The notes beneath the pieces were generated by a model that made no database searches, was not told where the DNA came from, and saw only the letters and a program-made list of their open reading frames with translations. The translations under genes were made by a program, and so were the position numbers. A stretch of 64,000 bases of DNA. Source: Acidobacteriota bacterium. Lineage in GTDB: Bacteria; Acidobacteriota; UBA6911. Location: contig OY761556.1 of NCBI GenBank assembly GCA_963664705.1, positions 4,544,001-4,608,000 on the forward strand, written 5' to 3'. This document shows positions 1-9,563 of this stretch, one piece after another (the first letter of the stretch is position 1; each line of letters starts with the position of its first letter).

Positions 1-105
1 ACAAAGGAAAAAAGAAAGCGATACATCGATTTATACAACTGAGGAATACCATAGCCTGGCGAAAAGAATTGGACCATAATAGCAGCCCGTGAGGAAAGCT
101 TTGTT

Positions 106-816
106 ATGGCTTCAGCCTATACAGAAACTGGTTACTGCCGGATAATCGATCTGGGAGCCGTCTCGAGCACATCAACGGATTTGGACGAATTGTGCGAGAT
201 GGTCTCTTGGGACGAAGAGGCAAGGGTGGTGCTTCTTTGTTTGAACCCTGACGTGAATACGCTCCTAAAAGACAAGACTCCCCTTGAGGGGCTTGCTTTT
301 GTTAACTCGTTGGCAAAAATCAAGCTGCCGGTAATAGCCGCCATTCAGGGTAACGCAATTGGGCTGGCACTTGAATTGGCCCTGGCTTGCGACATTCGAA
401 TTGGATCGGCAAGCGCATGCTTTGGACTGGATCAGATTCAGAAGGGGCAGATCCCTTCCAATGGCGGAACGCAGCGTCTGCCTCGACTGATCGGCAAGGC
501 AAAGGCGATGCATATGATCCTTACGGGAGATTTGATCGACTCGGCAGAAGCTTGTCGCATAGGACTGATTCATAAAGCGGTTGAACCTGAATCGGTTGTT
601 GGTGTTGCCGCTCAAATGGCTCAGGATATGGCAACAAAATCGCCATTATCTCTTAGCTACGTAAAAGAGGCGCTATACTCCGGCGCGGATTTGACGCTCG
701 ATCAAGGATTGAAGCTGGAATTGGATCTATATCTTCATCTGTTTACTACTTTTGATCGAACGGAGGGCATTAATGCCTTCCGTGAGAAAAGAAAACCTCA
801 GTTTAAGGGTAACTGA
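106..816 (+). CDS. Enoyl-CoA hydratase/isomerase (crotonase) family protein, divergent
   Basis: PVIAAIQGNAIGLALELALACDIRI and GGTQRLPRLIG crotonase motifs; C-terminal EGINAFREKRKPQFKG. Confidence 0.9.
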   Translation: MASAYTETGYCRIIDLGAVSSTSTDLDELCEMVSWDEEARVVLLCLNPDVNTLLKDKTPLEGLAFVNSLAKIKLPVIAAIQGNAIGLALELALACDIRIGSASACFGLDQIQKGQIPSNGGTQRLPRLIGKAKAMHMILTGDLIDSAEACRIGLIHKAVEPESVVGVAAQMAQDMATKSPLSLSYVKEALYSGADLTLDQGLKLELDLYLHLFTTFDRTEGINAFREKRKPQFKGN

Positions 817-829
817 ACCGAGTATAGAG

Positions 830-1564
830 ATGGGCGGATTTAGCACTGTAATCTATGAAAAAACCGACCAAGCGATTGCCCATGTGACGCTGCATCGGCC
901 TGAAGCGCTGAATGCCTTCAGCACACAAATGCGTGACGATCTCTATGAGATCCTGTCTGCCATTAAACAGGACGATGAAATCAAGGCCGTGATTCTTAGC
1001 GGCGCTGGAGATAAGGCGTTCTGTGCCGGGGCAGACCTAAAGGAATTTCTCTCTGCTCCCTCCGTTGTGAAAGCGAGGAAAATTCGCATAATACGTGACC
1101 TTTGGAGGCTGTTTCTTAGCATCCCCCAGCCTATGATTGCAGCGCTTCACGGCTATGTTCTCGGTTCCGGCATAGAAATGGCTCTGTTTTGCGATCTCCG
1201 GGTGGCATCCACAGATGTCATTTTGGGTCTGCCCGAAGTTGGTTTGGGAATATTGCCGGGTGCCGGCGGAACGCAAACTCTTTCAAGAATTATAGGAATG
1301 GCCGGAGCGCTTGACATGCTTCTGACTGGGCGGCGTCTCAACGCGCAAGAAGCAGTACAGATGGGGCTAGTCAACCGCATTGTCCCTCGAAGCGAGCTTC
1401 TCAAGACAGCGGAAACCCTGGCGCATACAATTGCCTCATTGGATCCTTTGGTCGTGCAAAGCGCCAAACAGGCTGTGATTCAGGGATTGGATATGTCGCT
1501 TTCGCAGGGATTAGATTTAGAATGGCGGCTTGCAACCAAGATAAAGCGTGATCAGCGCGGGTGA
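830..1564 (+). CDS. Enoyl-CoA hydratase/isomerase family protein
   Basis: AFCAGADL, GSGIEMALFCDLR, LPEVGLGILPGAGGTQ; start moved to in-frame ATG at 830. Confidence 0.92.
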   Translation: MGGFSTVIYEKTDQAIAHVTLHRPEALNAFSTQMRDDLYEILSAIKQDDEIKAVILSGAGDKAFCAGADLKEFLSAPSVVKARKIRIIRDLWRLFLSIPQPMIAALHGYVLGSGIEMALFCDLRVASTDVILGLPEVGLGILPGAGGTQTLSRIIGMAGALDMLLTGRRLNAQEAVQMGLVNRIVPRSELLKTAETLAHTIASLDPLVVQSAKQAVIQGLDMSLSQGLDLEWRLATKIKRDQRG

Positions 1565-1628
1565 TTGAACGCCAAACGCAGAAAGCCTGGCAACACCATT
1601 TTTCATTGGAACTAACTGGGATTCATTT

Positions 1629-2369
1629 ATGAACAAAACCGTCAAGGACATTGAGGAAGCTCTTTCAGGCATAGAAAATGGAGCGACTGTAGCAATTGGA
1701 GGTTTTTTTGCAGCGGGCGTCCCGCGAATACTGCTGAGAGCCCTTATAGAAAAGGGTACAAAGGATCTTACCCTGGCATGCGGGTCTGGGCCTTTGCTGG
1801 GCGCAAAAGATGAACTCGATGCACTATTGAGGAATAACCAAATCAAGAAGGTGATTGACTCTTACGCGCTCTTCCGTTCAGCAACCAAAGGCGCACAACA
1901 CCCTTTTGAGCAGCAGGTTCGTTCCGGCCAGATCGAGTTGGAAATTTTCCCCATGGGGACACTGTGCGAAAAGTATCGAATGGCGGGAGCAGGCATTGCT
2001 GCCTCCTATATTCCCGTTGGAGCTGGCTCCATGGTGGAAGAGACTATCATTACGAACATTGAGGAAAAGCGCACCAAACGTGAAACGCGGGCTTTTGGTG
2101 GACAGACATGTATTTTGGAATATGCGCTCAAGCCTGATTTTGCCATCGTTCACGCAAATGTCGGAGATGAGGAGGGCAATCTCTGCTATCGGAAAACGTC
2201 ATGGAACTTTAATCACGTAATGGCGATGGCCGCCGGCATAACTATTGCCGAAGTTGAAAGCCTGGTTGCTCCGGGGGAATTGAAGCCAGAATCGATCCAT
2301 ACGCCGGGCATTTTTGTAAAAAGAATTGTGGAAGTCCCAAGAATTAGTTTTGCTATCACCTCCCTTTAG
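1629..2369 (+). CDS. Family I CoA-transferase subunit A (AtoD/ScoA-like)
   Basis: GATVAIGGF, PMGTLCEK..AGAGI, GNL.YRKT..NFN, IHTPGIFV. Confidence 0.92.
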   Translation: MNKTVKDIEEALSGIENGATVAIGGFFAAGVPRILLRALIEKGTKDLTLACGSGPLLGAKDELDALLRNNQIKKVIDSYALFRSATKGAQHPFEQQVRSGQIELEIFPMGTLCEKYRMAGAGIAASYIPVGAGSMVEETIITNIEEKRTKRETRAFGGQTCILEYALKPDFAIVHANVGDEEGNLCYRKTSWNFNHVMAMAAGITIAEVESLVAPGELKPESIHTPGIFVKRIVEVPRISFAITSL

Positions 2370-2453
2370 GGAAAAATCGGGACACTCATTATTCGCTCAT
2401 AGCTGGCGTTGTTGTGAAGCAGGACGGATTTCGTCATTCCGGGAGGGAAGAAA

Positions 2454-3128
2454 TTGAAAAAATTTGAAGGACTTCCTCGTGAAATTATCGCCTTAAGGGT
2501 AAGCCAGGAAATCGAGGACAATTCCTATGTCAATCTGGGCATTGGCATTCCTACATTAGTAAGCAACTGGCTGGAGGGCCGCGATGTTATCCTGCAATCA
2601 GAAATCGGCATGCTGAAAACCGGCAGCCTGGCTGAAGGTGAGTCCATCGATCAAGACCTGATCAATGCAAGTTGCCAACCGGTTCTGGAAATGCCTGGAA
2701 CGGTGTATTTCGATATTTGCGAATCCTTTGCGATGATTAGGGGCGGGCATATCGACGTCACGGTAATGGGGGCGTTCCAGGTTAACCAGTCAGGAGATTT
2801 CGCGTCGTGGATGAATCCCTCGCGTGGTTTGAATGGTGTAGGAAACATTGGGGGATCCATGGACTTGGCGACCGGAGCCAAGAAGTTGTTTATCGCCATG
2901 GAGCACACAACAACCGACGGCAGTCCCAAAATTGTCCGGGAACTGACCTACCCGGCGACAGCCCGGAAAAAGGTTAACAAAATCTTCACGGACTTGGCGG
3001 TAATTGAGATTACCCCGGAGGGTTTGCTGCTCAAAGAGCTTTACCCGGGATTGTCTGTGGAGGATATTCAGTCGGTCACGGAACCAAAACTTCTTATTGC
3101 CCAGGATCTAAAAGAAATCGAGCTTTAA
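2454..3128 (+). CDS. Family I CoA-transferase subunit B (AtoA/ScoB-like)
   Basis: VNLGIGIPTLV, catalytic LQSE(I)G, GGSMDLATGAK; TTG start after GGAGGG RBS. Confidence 0.92.
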   Translation: MKKFEGLPREIIALRVSQEIEDNSYVNLGIGIPTLVSNWLEGRDVILQSEIGMLKTGSLAEGESIDQDLINASCQPVLEMPGTVYFDICESFAMIRGGHIDVTVMGAFQVNQSGDFASWMNPSRGLNGVGNIGGSMDLATGAKKLFIAMEHTTTDGSPKIVRELTYPATARKKVNKIFTDLAVIEITPEGLLLKELYPGLSVEDIQSVTEPKLLIAQDLKEIEL

Positions 3129-3143
3129 AGGGAGATATCTATA

Positions 3144-3263
3144 ATGGCAAACCAGGTAGGCAAACGGTATAAATGCGCAAAATGCGGTGCGGAAATAATT
3201 GTAACGCGCGGCGGCAACGGCACGGTGAAATGCTGCGGGCAACCAATGGAACAAAAAAAGTAA
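3144..3263 (+). CDS. Desulforedoxin-like Fe(Cys)4 mini-protein 1 (39 aa)
   Basis: Not in ORF track; translated by hand: MANQVGKRYKCAKCGAEIIVTRGGNGTVKCCGQPMEQKK; YKCxxCG-x14-CCG..M motif; GGAG RBS. Confidence 0.88.
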   Translation: MANQVGKRYKCAKCGAEIIVTRGGNGTVKCCGQPMEQKK

Positions 3264-3278
3264 AAGGAAGAGGCAATC

Positions 3279-3419
3279 ATGAGTCAGCTTGGTAAGCGCT
3301 ATAAATGCGAGGTTTGCGGAACAGAGATTCTCTGCACAAAAGCAGGCGAAGGGAAGCTTGAGTGCTGCGATCAGGAAATGAAGGTTCAAGAGCCAAAGCC
3401 GCTTCCTTCATCCGATTAG
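3279..3419 (+). CDS. Desulforedoxin-like mini-protein 2 (46 aa)
   Basis: Translated by hand: MSQLGKRYKCEVCGTEILCTKAGEGKLECCDQEMKVQEPKPLPSSD; GAGG RBS. Confidence 0.88.
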   Translation: MSQLGKRYKCEVCGTEILCTKAGEGKLECCDQEMKVQEPKPLPSSD

Positions 3420-3466
3420 AACCAACCCGGAAATGCACAAGTTCCCGGGGCGCGCCTTCCTTGACC

Positions 3467-4402
3467 ATGGATAAACAGAGTATTTGCAGACGGCTTGGGA
3501 TCCGCTATCCAATTCTTCAGGGGGGTATGTTGTGGATTGCCGATGCGTCACTCGCATCGGCAATCTCCAACGCAGGAGCCCTTGGCACGATCAGCCCCTA
3601 TGCCGCTATGGCAGAGTCTGGAAATCCCGTTGAGAATCTTCGGTTTCAGATCTCGCGAACCAGACTGCTGACGAACAAACCCTTCGCGGTCAATATCCCT
3701 CTCGATTTGCCTGATAGCGGCCTTCTCATTAATTTAGCCATTGAGGAGAAGGTAAAGATCGTTGTTACCGCAGCGGGGAATCCGGGACTTTACACCGAAT
3801 TACTGCATTCATCAGGCATTCAAGTTCTTCATGTCATAAGTTCGGTATCTCAAGCAATAGCCGCACAATCCTGTGGAGTTGACCTTCTGATAGTAGAAGG
3901 AGCCGAGGCGGGGGGACGCATCGGTCGGGCAGAAATCCCTCTTTTCTCTTTGATTCCGCAGGTAGTTGCCGCCGTTTCCCTGCCGGTCATCGCAGCCGGC
4001 GGAATTGTGGACACCCATCAAATGAAGGCTGCGATGATTCTTGGGGCCGATGGAGTGCAATTAGGAACTCGCTTTATTGCAGTGAACGAGTGCATTGCCC
4101 ATCAAAACTACAAGCAGGCAATCATTGAGGCACAGGATGGAGATACCATCGTTGCCGGGCGGTCTCTGGGACCGGCAAGAAGACTTAAATCCAGCTTTTC
4201 CCTTAAGCTCTCTGACATGGAGAAATCCGGAAAAGAGATTGCATTGCAGCTCAGCTTCATAGGCCGCAGGCGTTCAAGAAAGGCACAAATTGATGGAAAT
4301 TTGGAGGAAGGCGATTTCCTTGCAGGTGCATCCGTAGGACTTATCAAACAGGTCATTCCGGCCGCTCAGGTCATTCAAACCCTTATTACCGGCAGGCTCT
4401 AG
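3467..4402 (+). CDS. Nitronate monooxygenase / FabK-like FMN enzyme
   Basis: YPILQGGM, EGAEAGG, PVIAAGGI, GVQLGTRF. Confidence 0.9.
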   Translation: MDKQSICRRLGIRYPILQGGMLWIADASLASAISNAGALGTISPYAAMAESGNPVENLRFQISRTRLLTNKPFAVNIPLDLPDSGLLINLAIEEKVKIVVTAAGNPGLYTELLHSSGIQVLHVISSVSQAIAAQSCGVDLLIVEGAEAGGRIGRAEIPLFSLIPQVVAAVSLPVIAAGGIVDTHQMKAAMILGADGVQLGTRFIAVNECIAHQNYKQAIIEAQDGDTIVAGRSLGPARRLKSSFSLKLSDMEKSGKEIALQLSFIGRRRSRKAQIDGNLEEGDFLAGASVGLIKQVIPAAQVIQTLITGRL

Positions 4403-4613
4403 GTCGCAAACTCTTGTCTCTTTAATCCGATCCTGGCAGGAATGGAATACGAGCGGATATCAAACCTTTAGGCCCCTTCCCCCCGATAATTCTCCAATAC
4501 ACAGTCATCAGGAAAGCAGGAAATGGGAGGCTAGAAGATGTGTGTCCCATTTTCTACTTTGCGGTTGTGTGATTTGAGGTTACTCTCGAAGAAAAAGAAA
4601 AGAGCAGGGATAC

Positions 4614-6224
4614 ATGGCACAATTTCAGCCTATAGCGTCCTCGGCGGATAATAAAAAACCGGTCGCGCTTGGCCTGGCCGCAATATTCATAACCTATTTT
4701 TCGTCCGCCTACTTCTTCCGCGGATCCGGTATCACACTACCCAAAATTGCGGCCGACCTGAACGGCATGCACCTCTATTCCTGGGCAATATCTCTCCCCG
4801 CACTTGCCTCCGCATTTGTAACGCTAACCTTCGGCAAGCTCTCCGATATCTATGGACGCCGGGTAATGTTATTGACCGCTCTCGGGCTCTACATGGGAGG
4901 CGCAATTCTGGCGGCTATCAGCCGGGATTTCGTCTCTTTCATCACAGCAAGAATGATCATTTCCCTGGGGCAGGGCGCTTTGGCACCGCTGTGCTTTTCG
5001 GTTATTGGTGATTTATATTCGCCGGCCGAACGAAGCAGATGGAGCGGCCTGTTGCAGATTCCTGCCGGCGTGGCAGCCATGATTGTTCCCGCTTCCGTCG
5101 GGATGCTGACCGACACGTTGAGCTGGCGCTATTTTTTGTGGATTGCGGTGTTGCTGGTTCTGATATCCGGAGTGCTGATAATCATAGGCATTCCCGCAAT
5201 TTCCAAAAGGACGGAGCACAAGATTGACTTTGCCGGCACCTGTCTTCTCGCGATAGCTTCCTCCACCATGATTCTCGCCTTTTCCTGGGCGGGGAGTGAT
5301 TATGCATGGACATCTATCACAATCCTGGGTTTGCTGGCGATCTCCATCCTATCCTGGTGCATTTTCCTGTGGATTGAATCAAAAGCCGCTGAACCCATGC
5401 TGGATCCGCAAGTCCTAAAAAGCCGTACATTTATAACAGCAGCAGCCGCGGCTCTCATTTCCTACTTTGCGTGCCTTGCGATGATTATGTATTTCCCCCT
5501 TTTCCTGCAGGGCGTGCAAGGCACCAGCGCGACCCTCAGCGGCTACAGGACCACACCATTCAGCGCTTTTATGTCTTTTACCGGCGTTCCCGTTGGAATA
5601 CTTCTGGCTCGAACAAAACGTTACAAAGCTATGTACATTGTCGGATATGGCATTTTGACGCTGGCCATGTTTGCTTCTATTACCTTTGATGTTGGAACGC
5701 CGGCATGGCTGGAATATCTTGTTGTTTCCATAGCCGGAATTGGCCTGGGTGCCATTCCAACAATGAATACTCTCATCGCACAATTTGCCCTGCCTAAAAG
5801 GCTCTTGGGCGTTGCGGTGGGCGCCATGTTCTTTTTCGTGTTTATGGGAAATGCGCTTGCCCCGGCAATTCTGGGTTCAGCCATGAACCTGGAGTACTCC
5901 AAGACGCTTAAGAAATCTTTGCCTGAAGAACTGAATCAAAGCGCTAACAAACATATTCTGTCTTCGCTCTCGAACCCACGCATATTGCTATCCGAACCTG
6001 CCATGACCGATCTTAAGATGAGCCTCCGCAAATCGGGAAACGACGGGTCTGAGCTATTTGCTCGAACCATTCAAGCAATACGAACCGCGCTGGAAGCAAG
6101 CCTGCGCTATGTATTCATCATTGGGGCAATAACCTCGCTGATTGCATTTCTGCTTATCATCACTATTCCAGAGGTTTCGATCGAGGCAGAGGTACAGGAC
6201 AAACGAAACGTGACCGAACGGTAA
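4614..6224 (+). CDS. MFS transporter, DHA2 (14-TM) type
   Basis: GKLSDIYGRR motif A; many hydrophobic segments. Confidence 0.9.
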   Translation: MAQFQPIASSADNKKPVALGLAAIFITYFSSAYFFRGSGITLPKIAADLNGMHLYSWAISLPALASAFVTLTFGKLSDIYGRRVMLLTALGLYMGGAILAAISRDFVSFITARMIISLGQGALAPLCFSVIGDLYSPAERSRWSGLLQIPAGVAAMIVPASVGMLTDTLSWRYFLWIAVLLVLISGVLIIIGIPAISKRTEHKIDFAGTCLLAIASSTMILAFSWAGSDYAWTSITILGLLAISILSWCIFLWIESKAAEPMLDPQVLKSRTFITAAAAALISYFACLAMIMYFPLFLQGVQGTSATLSGYRTTPFSAFMSFTGVPVGILLARTKRYKAMYIVGYGILTLAMFASITFDVGTPAWLEYLVVSIAGIGLGAIPTMNTLIAQFALPKRLLGVAVGAMFFFVFMGNALAPAILGSAMNLEYSKTLKKSLPEELNQSANKHILSSLSNPRILLSEPAMTDLKMSLRKSGNDGSELFARTIQAIRTALEASLRYVFIIGAITSLIAFLLIITIPEVSIEAEVQDKRNVTER

Positions 6225-6270
6225 CGGTCTTGGGGTTCGACCGCAACTCTGGGCATTAGCTTTCCATAGG

Positions 6271-7587
6271 TTAACTCACAGTCTCCGTCTCCAGCCGGGC
6301 TGGCTTCGTATTGTCCTTGAGTGATGGATGTACGGGCGGCTTTGCAAAAATTATACAGAGGAAACCCAGCACGAGCATGATCAGACAAACCTGGAAAGCC
6401 GGGAGATAGCTGCCCGTAGAATCTCGAATGTACCCCGCAATAGGAGCCCCGAGACTCGACCCAATGGTGGTTACAGGCGTTGTATACCCCATAATTTTGG
6501 GGAACTCTTTTCTGCCAAAATAGTCGGGAAAAAGATTGCCCATGGCAATCCCCTGAATCCCGAACCCGATGCCCAAAATAATGCAGTATGCAATAACGGC
6601 CGGCAGAGATTGTGCAATTAGAGTCGTCCCAAATCCCAGCATTCCAACCACTATCGAGACAGTGGCCAATGAACGCATCTTAAATTTGAGTCCGAGAAAA
6701 CCAATTCCCAAGCTGCTGATCGACATCACCGCCGTAAGAAGACCGGAAGCCATTGCCGCCGTATTCGGGGCGATACCCAGATCAAATAAAAACGCCACTT
6801 GATGAGGCATCAAAGCATTGATGCAGAAGAATTGCACAGTTCCATATATTGTTAACAGCCACAAAGAACGGGTTTTCAGCGCTTCTCTGGCAGAAAAATC
6901 CACCTTGGTCTTATCGAGATTCTGATAAAGCACATTCTCGTGTGTCTGAAGGCTTTCTCTTTTTGAAGCCGGCCCATCCGGAACCTGCCCTATATCCTCC
7001 GGTCTGTTGCGTACCAGGATGCCGGGAACAACAACACAAAACACGAATATAAGAATGGCAATCCCCCTGTAAGATTGTCGCCATCCGAATTGATTGATCA
7101 TGGACATAAGAAATGGACCAATCAGGATATTCAATCCCATGGCTCCCATCGATATGGCCATTGCAAGGGATCTCTTCATGATAAACCAGTTGTTTGTAAC
7201 CGTCATCATGGCCAACATCCCGCCCATGCTCATTCCGATTCCCATTACAACGCCAGACCAAAGATATAGCTCCCAGATACTGGTTTGAAAGGACACCAGC
7301 AACAAGGAAGCAGCCGTCAATATGTTCCCGATGACAATGGCTTTTCTTGCTCCCTGCCTCATTAGGAATATGCCTACCACTGGAGCGGCAAGTCCCGTTA
7401 GAACAAGAGATACGGTTTGAGCTCCTGAAATGGATCCTCTGGACCACCCAAACTCTTTAACCCAATAAGGAAGGCAGAACCCAAACGCATTCAAGACAAA
7501 ACAGAAAACAACGATATTGAAGACAAACATTACCGCCAGATTGACCCAACCGTAAAATCCATCCTTGCCCGATATCTTCAGAGCCAT
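6271..7587 (-). CDS. MFS transporter (OFA/monocarboxylate-like)
   Basis: FYGW N-terminus, FGWSRG, DYFGRK; start set at MALKIS after GGAGAG. Confidence 0.88.
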   Translation of the reverse strand: MALKISGKDGFYGWVNLAVMFVFNIVVFCFVLNAFGFCLPYWVKEFGWSRGSISGAQTVSLVLTGLAAPVVGIFLMRQGARKAIVIGNILTAASLLLVSFQTSIWELYLWSGVVMGIGMSMGGMLAMMTVTNNWFIMKRSLAMAISMGAMGLNILIGPFLMSMINQFGWRQSYRGIAILIFVFCVVVPGILVRNRPEDIGQVPDGPASKRESLQTHENVLYQNLDKTKVDFSAREALKTRSLWLLTIYGTVQFFCINALMPHQVAFLFDLGIAPNTAAMASGLLTAVMSISSLGIGFLGLKFKMRSLATVSIVVGMLGFGTTLIAQSLPAVIAYCIILGIGFGIQGIAMGNLFPDYFGRKEFPKIMGYTTPVTTIGSSLGAPIAGYIRDSTGSYLPAFQVCLIMLVLGFLCIIFAKPPVHPSLKDNTKPARLETETVS

Positions 7588-7752
7588 GATTCTCTCTCCC
7601 TTGAAATCGATATCCAAGAATCGAAATGCCAAGCCATGAATTTGAAAATTTGGGGAAATGCGTGTGTCTATCGGAAAGAAAATAGCATGAGATGGAGATA
7701 ATATTATATTGAATTTCATATCTTGGATCCCGGCAAAAAGGAAATGGGGAAA

Positions 7753-7915
7753 TGTGGACACCCATCATTCCCCCTTGCTACCTCTTGTCTTCCCCGGTGC
7801 GGCTTCACGGAAATGTTACAGACTCAAATCGGGCAGGCGAGAGGCTGAAGAACAGGGAGCAAGGAAAGATGGGTGTCCACAAAGTTGAGGAAAGATGGGT
7901 GTCCACAAAGTTGAG
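7753..7915. repeat. 26-bp tandem repeat x2 plus an inverted partial copy (REP-like)
   Basis: GAAAGATGGGTGTCCACAAAGTTGAG at 7864-7889 and 7890-7915; TGTGGACACCCATC at 7753-7766 is the reverse complement of its core. Confidence 0.85.
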
Positions 7916-8071
7916 AACAGAGGATCAAGGGTGAAAGAGGAGGAAGGGAAAACAGCCTGGGGAGAAGTAGGGTAAAAAAGCGAAAGAAAGGTGAGTGTCC
8001 CCAAAGTACCAAAAGCAAAAAACAAGAACGGGGTTTGCCACTCATCCGAGCGCAAACCCCGCAACTCTTAC

Positions 8072-8476
8072 CTAAAAGAGCGGAATGTTCTTTGGACCTT
8101 CCCTGAATGAATACAGGGTTGCGGTCGCCTGGGTAAAGTAGAACGTGACATAGATTTCATCGTCCGCCCCCTTGGGGTATATCTGTAAAAGGGTGGGCGA
8201 AACCTCAAAAGCCTGGGCTTTTGCTTCACGACTATCGTCCATGGCAACTGTTCCGCAAACTCTGAGCCAGGTTCCATCTGTCCCCATCGCCGAAATCTCA
8301 ACCTTGGGACATTTTTCCATCTGTTTGTAGACATCTTTCGTCTTGTTCGTGCACATGTACAGCTTGTCGTTTCGGATCATCGTAAATCCAAAGGGACGAA
8401 CCCTCGCCTGATCGCCGTCGATTGTCGCGAGATGAAACACAGGATTGGCTTTTAAGAACTCAAAGGCTGTAGTCAT
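8072..8476 (-). CDS. Pyridoxamine 5'-phosphate oxidase-like FMN-binding protein
   Basis: FHLATIDG..RVRPFG, LY.CT.K.K.VY.Q...P.VEI split-barrel motif. Confidence 0.85.
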   Translation of the reverse strand: MTTAFEFLKANPVFHLATIDGDQARVRPFGFTMIRNDKLYMCTNKTKDVYKQMEKCPKVEISAMGTDGTWLRVCGTVAMDDSREAKAQAFEVSPTLLQIYPKGADDEIYVTFYFTQATATLYSFREGPKNIPLF

Positions 8477-8688
8477 TGGGACCTCCTGGAAAATGGTAAA
8501 TTACGATCAAATCAAAGAATCAGTGCACAAATCTGGCCATATGGATGAAAACGGTGGCATTATAGCCTACTTGCGAATTTTAGTAATGGTAAAGTGCCGG
8601 ACAGGGCGCGCGCAAAACCGGACGATCGGCCCCAAGCCTCCATCTCGCGGCTTTGCGCCCGCGTACTGGCAGACAAATACATGAAGTC

Positions 8689-9513
8689 ATGAAATCGAGA
8701 GCAATTGTTTTTCTGATTACAACGGCTCTGTTATGGAGTTCGGGCGGCATCCTGATCAAGATGGTGCCATGGAACTCCATAGCCATTGCAGGCGCTCGCA
8801 GCGCTATTGCCGCTCTGGTCATTCTTGCATTCCGACGCAAGATGCACTTCAACTGGGGATTTGCCCAACTTGGCGGCACAGTCTGCTATTCGGGCACGGT
8901 CATCCTGTTTGTATCCGCGACCAAACTCACCACGGCCGCAAATGCCATTCTGCTTCAATACACGGCTCCAATCTATGTTGCCCTGCTCAGCTATTGGCTC
9001 CTGAAAGAACGGATCACCCGCTCCGACCTTTTCACCATCATCGCAGCGTTTGGAGGAATGCTTCTGTTCTTTCTGGATGATCTCTCCAAGGGAGGGCTTT
9101 GGGGCAACATCATCGCCATCCTGAGTGGCGTCGCCTTTGCAGGCACGGCCATCTTCCTTCGGATGCAGAAGGACCATTCTCCTCTTGAATCGGTTTTCCT
9201 GGGCAACATCCTCACATTTCTCATCGGTATCCCCTTTATGACCGGATCCCTGCCGAACGCAAAGGGCTGGCTGGGTCTGGTTTTACTAGGAGTATTCCAA
9301 CTCGGCTGCTCCTACATTCTTTATTCCGAGGCCATTAAGCACGTAACCGCCCTCGAGGGCATTTTGATCCCCATATTGGAACCCATACTCAATCCGATCT
9401 GGGTCTTTCTGATAATTGGAGAAGCCCCAGGCTTTTGGGCTATTATCGGAGGGGTTATCGTCTTGATTTCGGTCACTCTCAGATGTATGGCATCACTGAG
9501 GCAGGCTCGTTAG
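8689..9513 (+). CDS. EamA/DMT family transporter
   Basis: About 10 TM; AANAILLQYTAP, LEPILNPIWV. Confidence 0.9.
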   Translation: MKSRAIVFLITTALLWSSGGILIKMVPWNSIAIAGARSAIAALVILAFRRKMHFNWGFAQLGGTVCYSGTVILFVSATKLTTAANAILLQYTAPIYVALLSYWLLKERITRSDLFTIIAAFGGMLLFFLDDLSKGGLWGNIIAILSGVAFAGTAIFLRMQKDHSPLESVFLGNILTFLIGIPFMTGSLPNAKGWLGLVLLGVFQLGCSYILYSEAIKHVTALEGILIPILEPILNPIWVFLIIGEAPGFWAIIGGVIVLISVTLRCMASLRQAR

Positions 9514-9563
9514 CTGAACATCCGGGAATGCTCCCGGGCAAACTCTGCAGGAGTCGATAAACT

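Noticed and set aside
2-79. Open frame ending in TAA at 77-79 (possible 3' end of an upstream gene)
   Set aside because: Only 25 codons with no recognisable motif; cannot be assigned.
7864-7915. Possible CRISPR array
   Set aside because: Only two abutting copies, no spacers and no cas genes.
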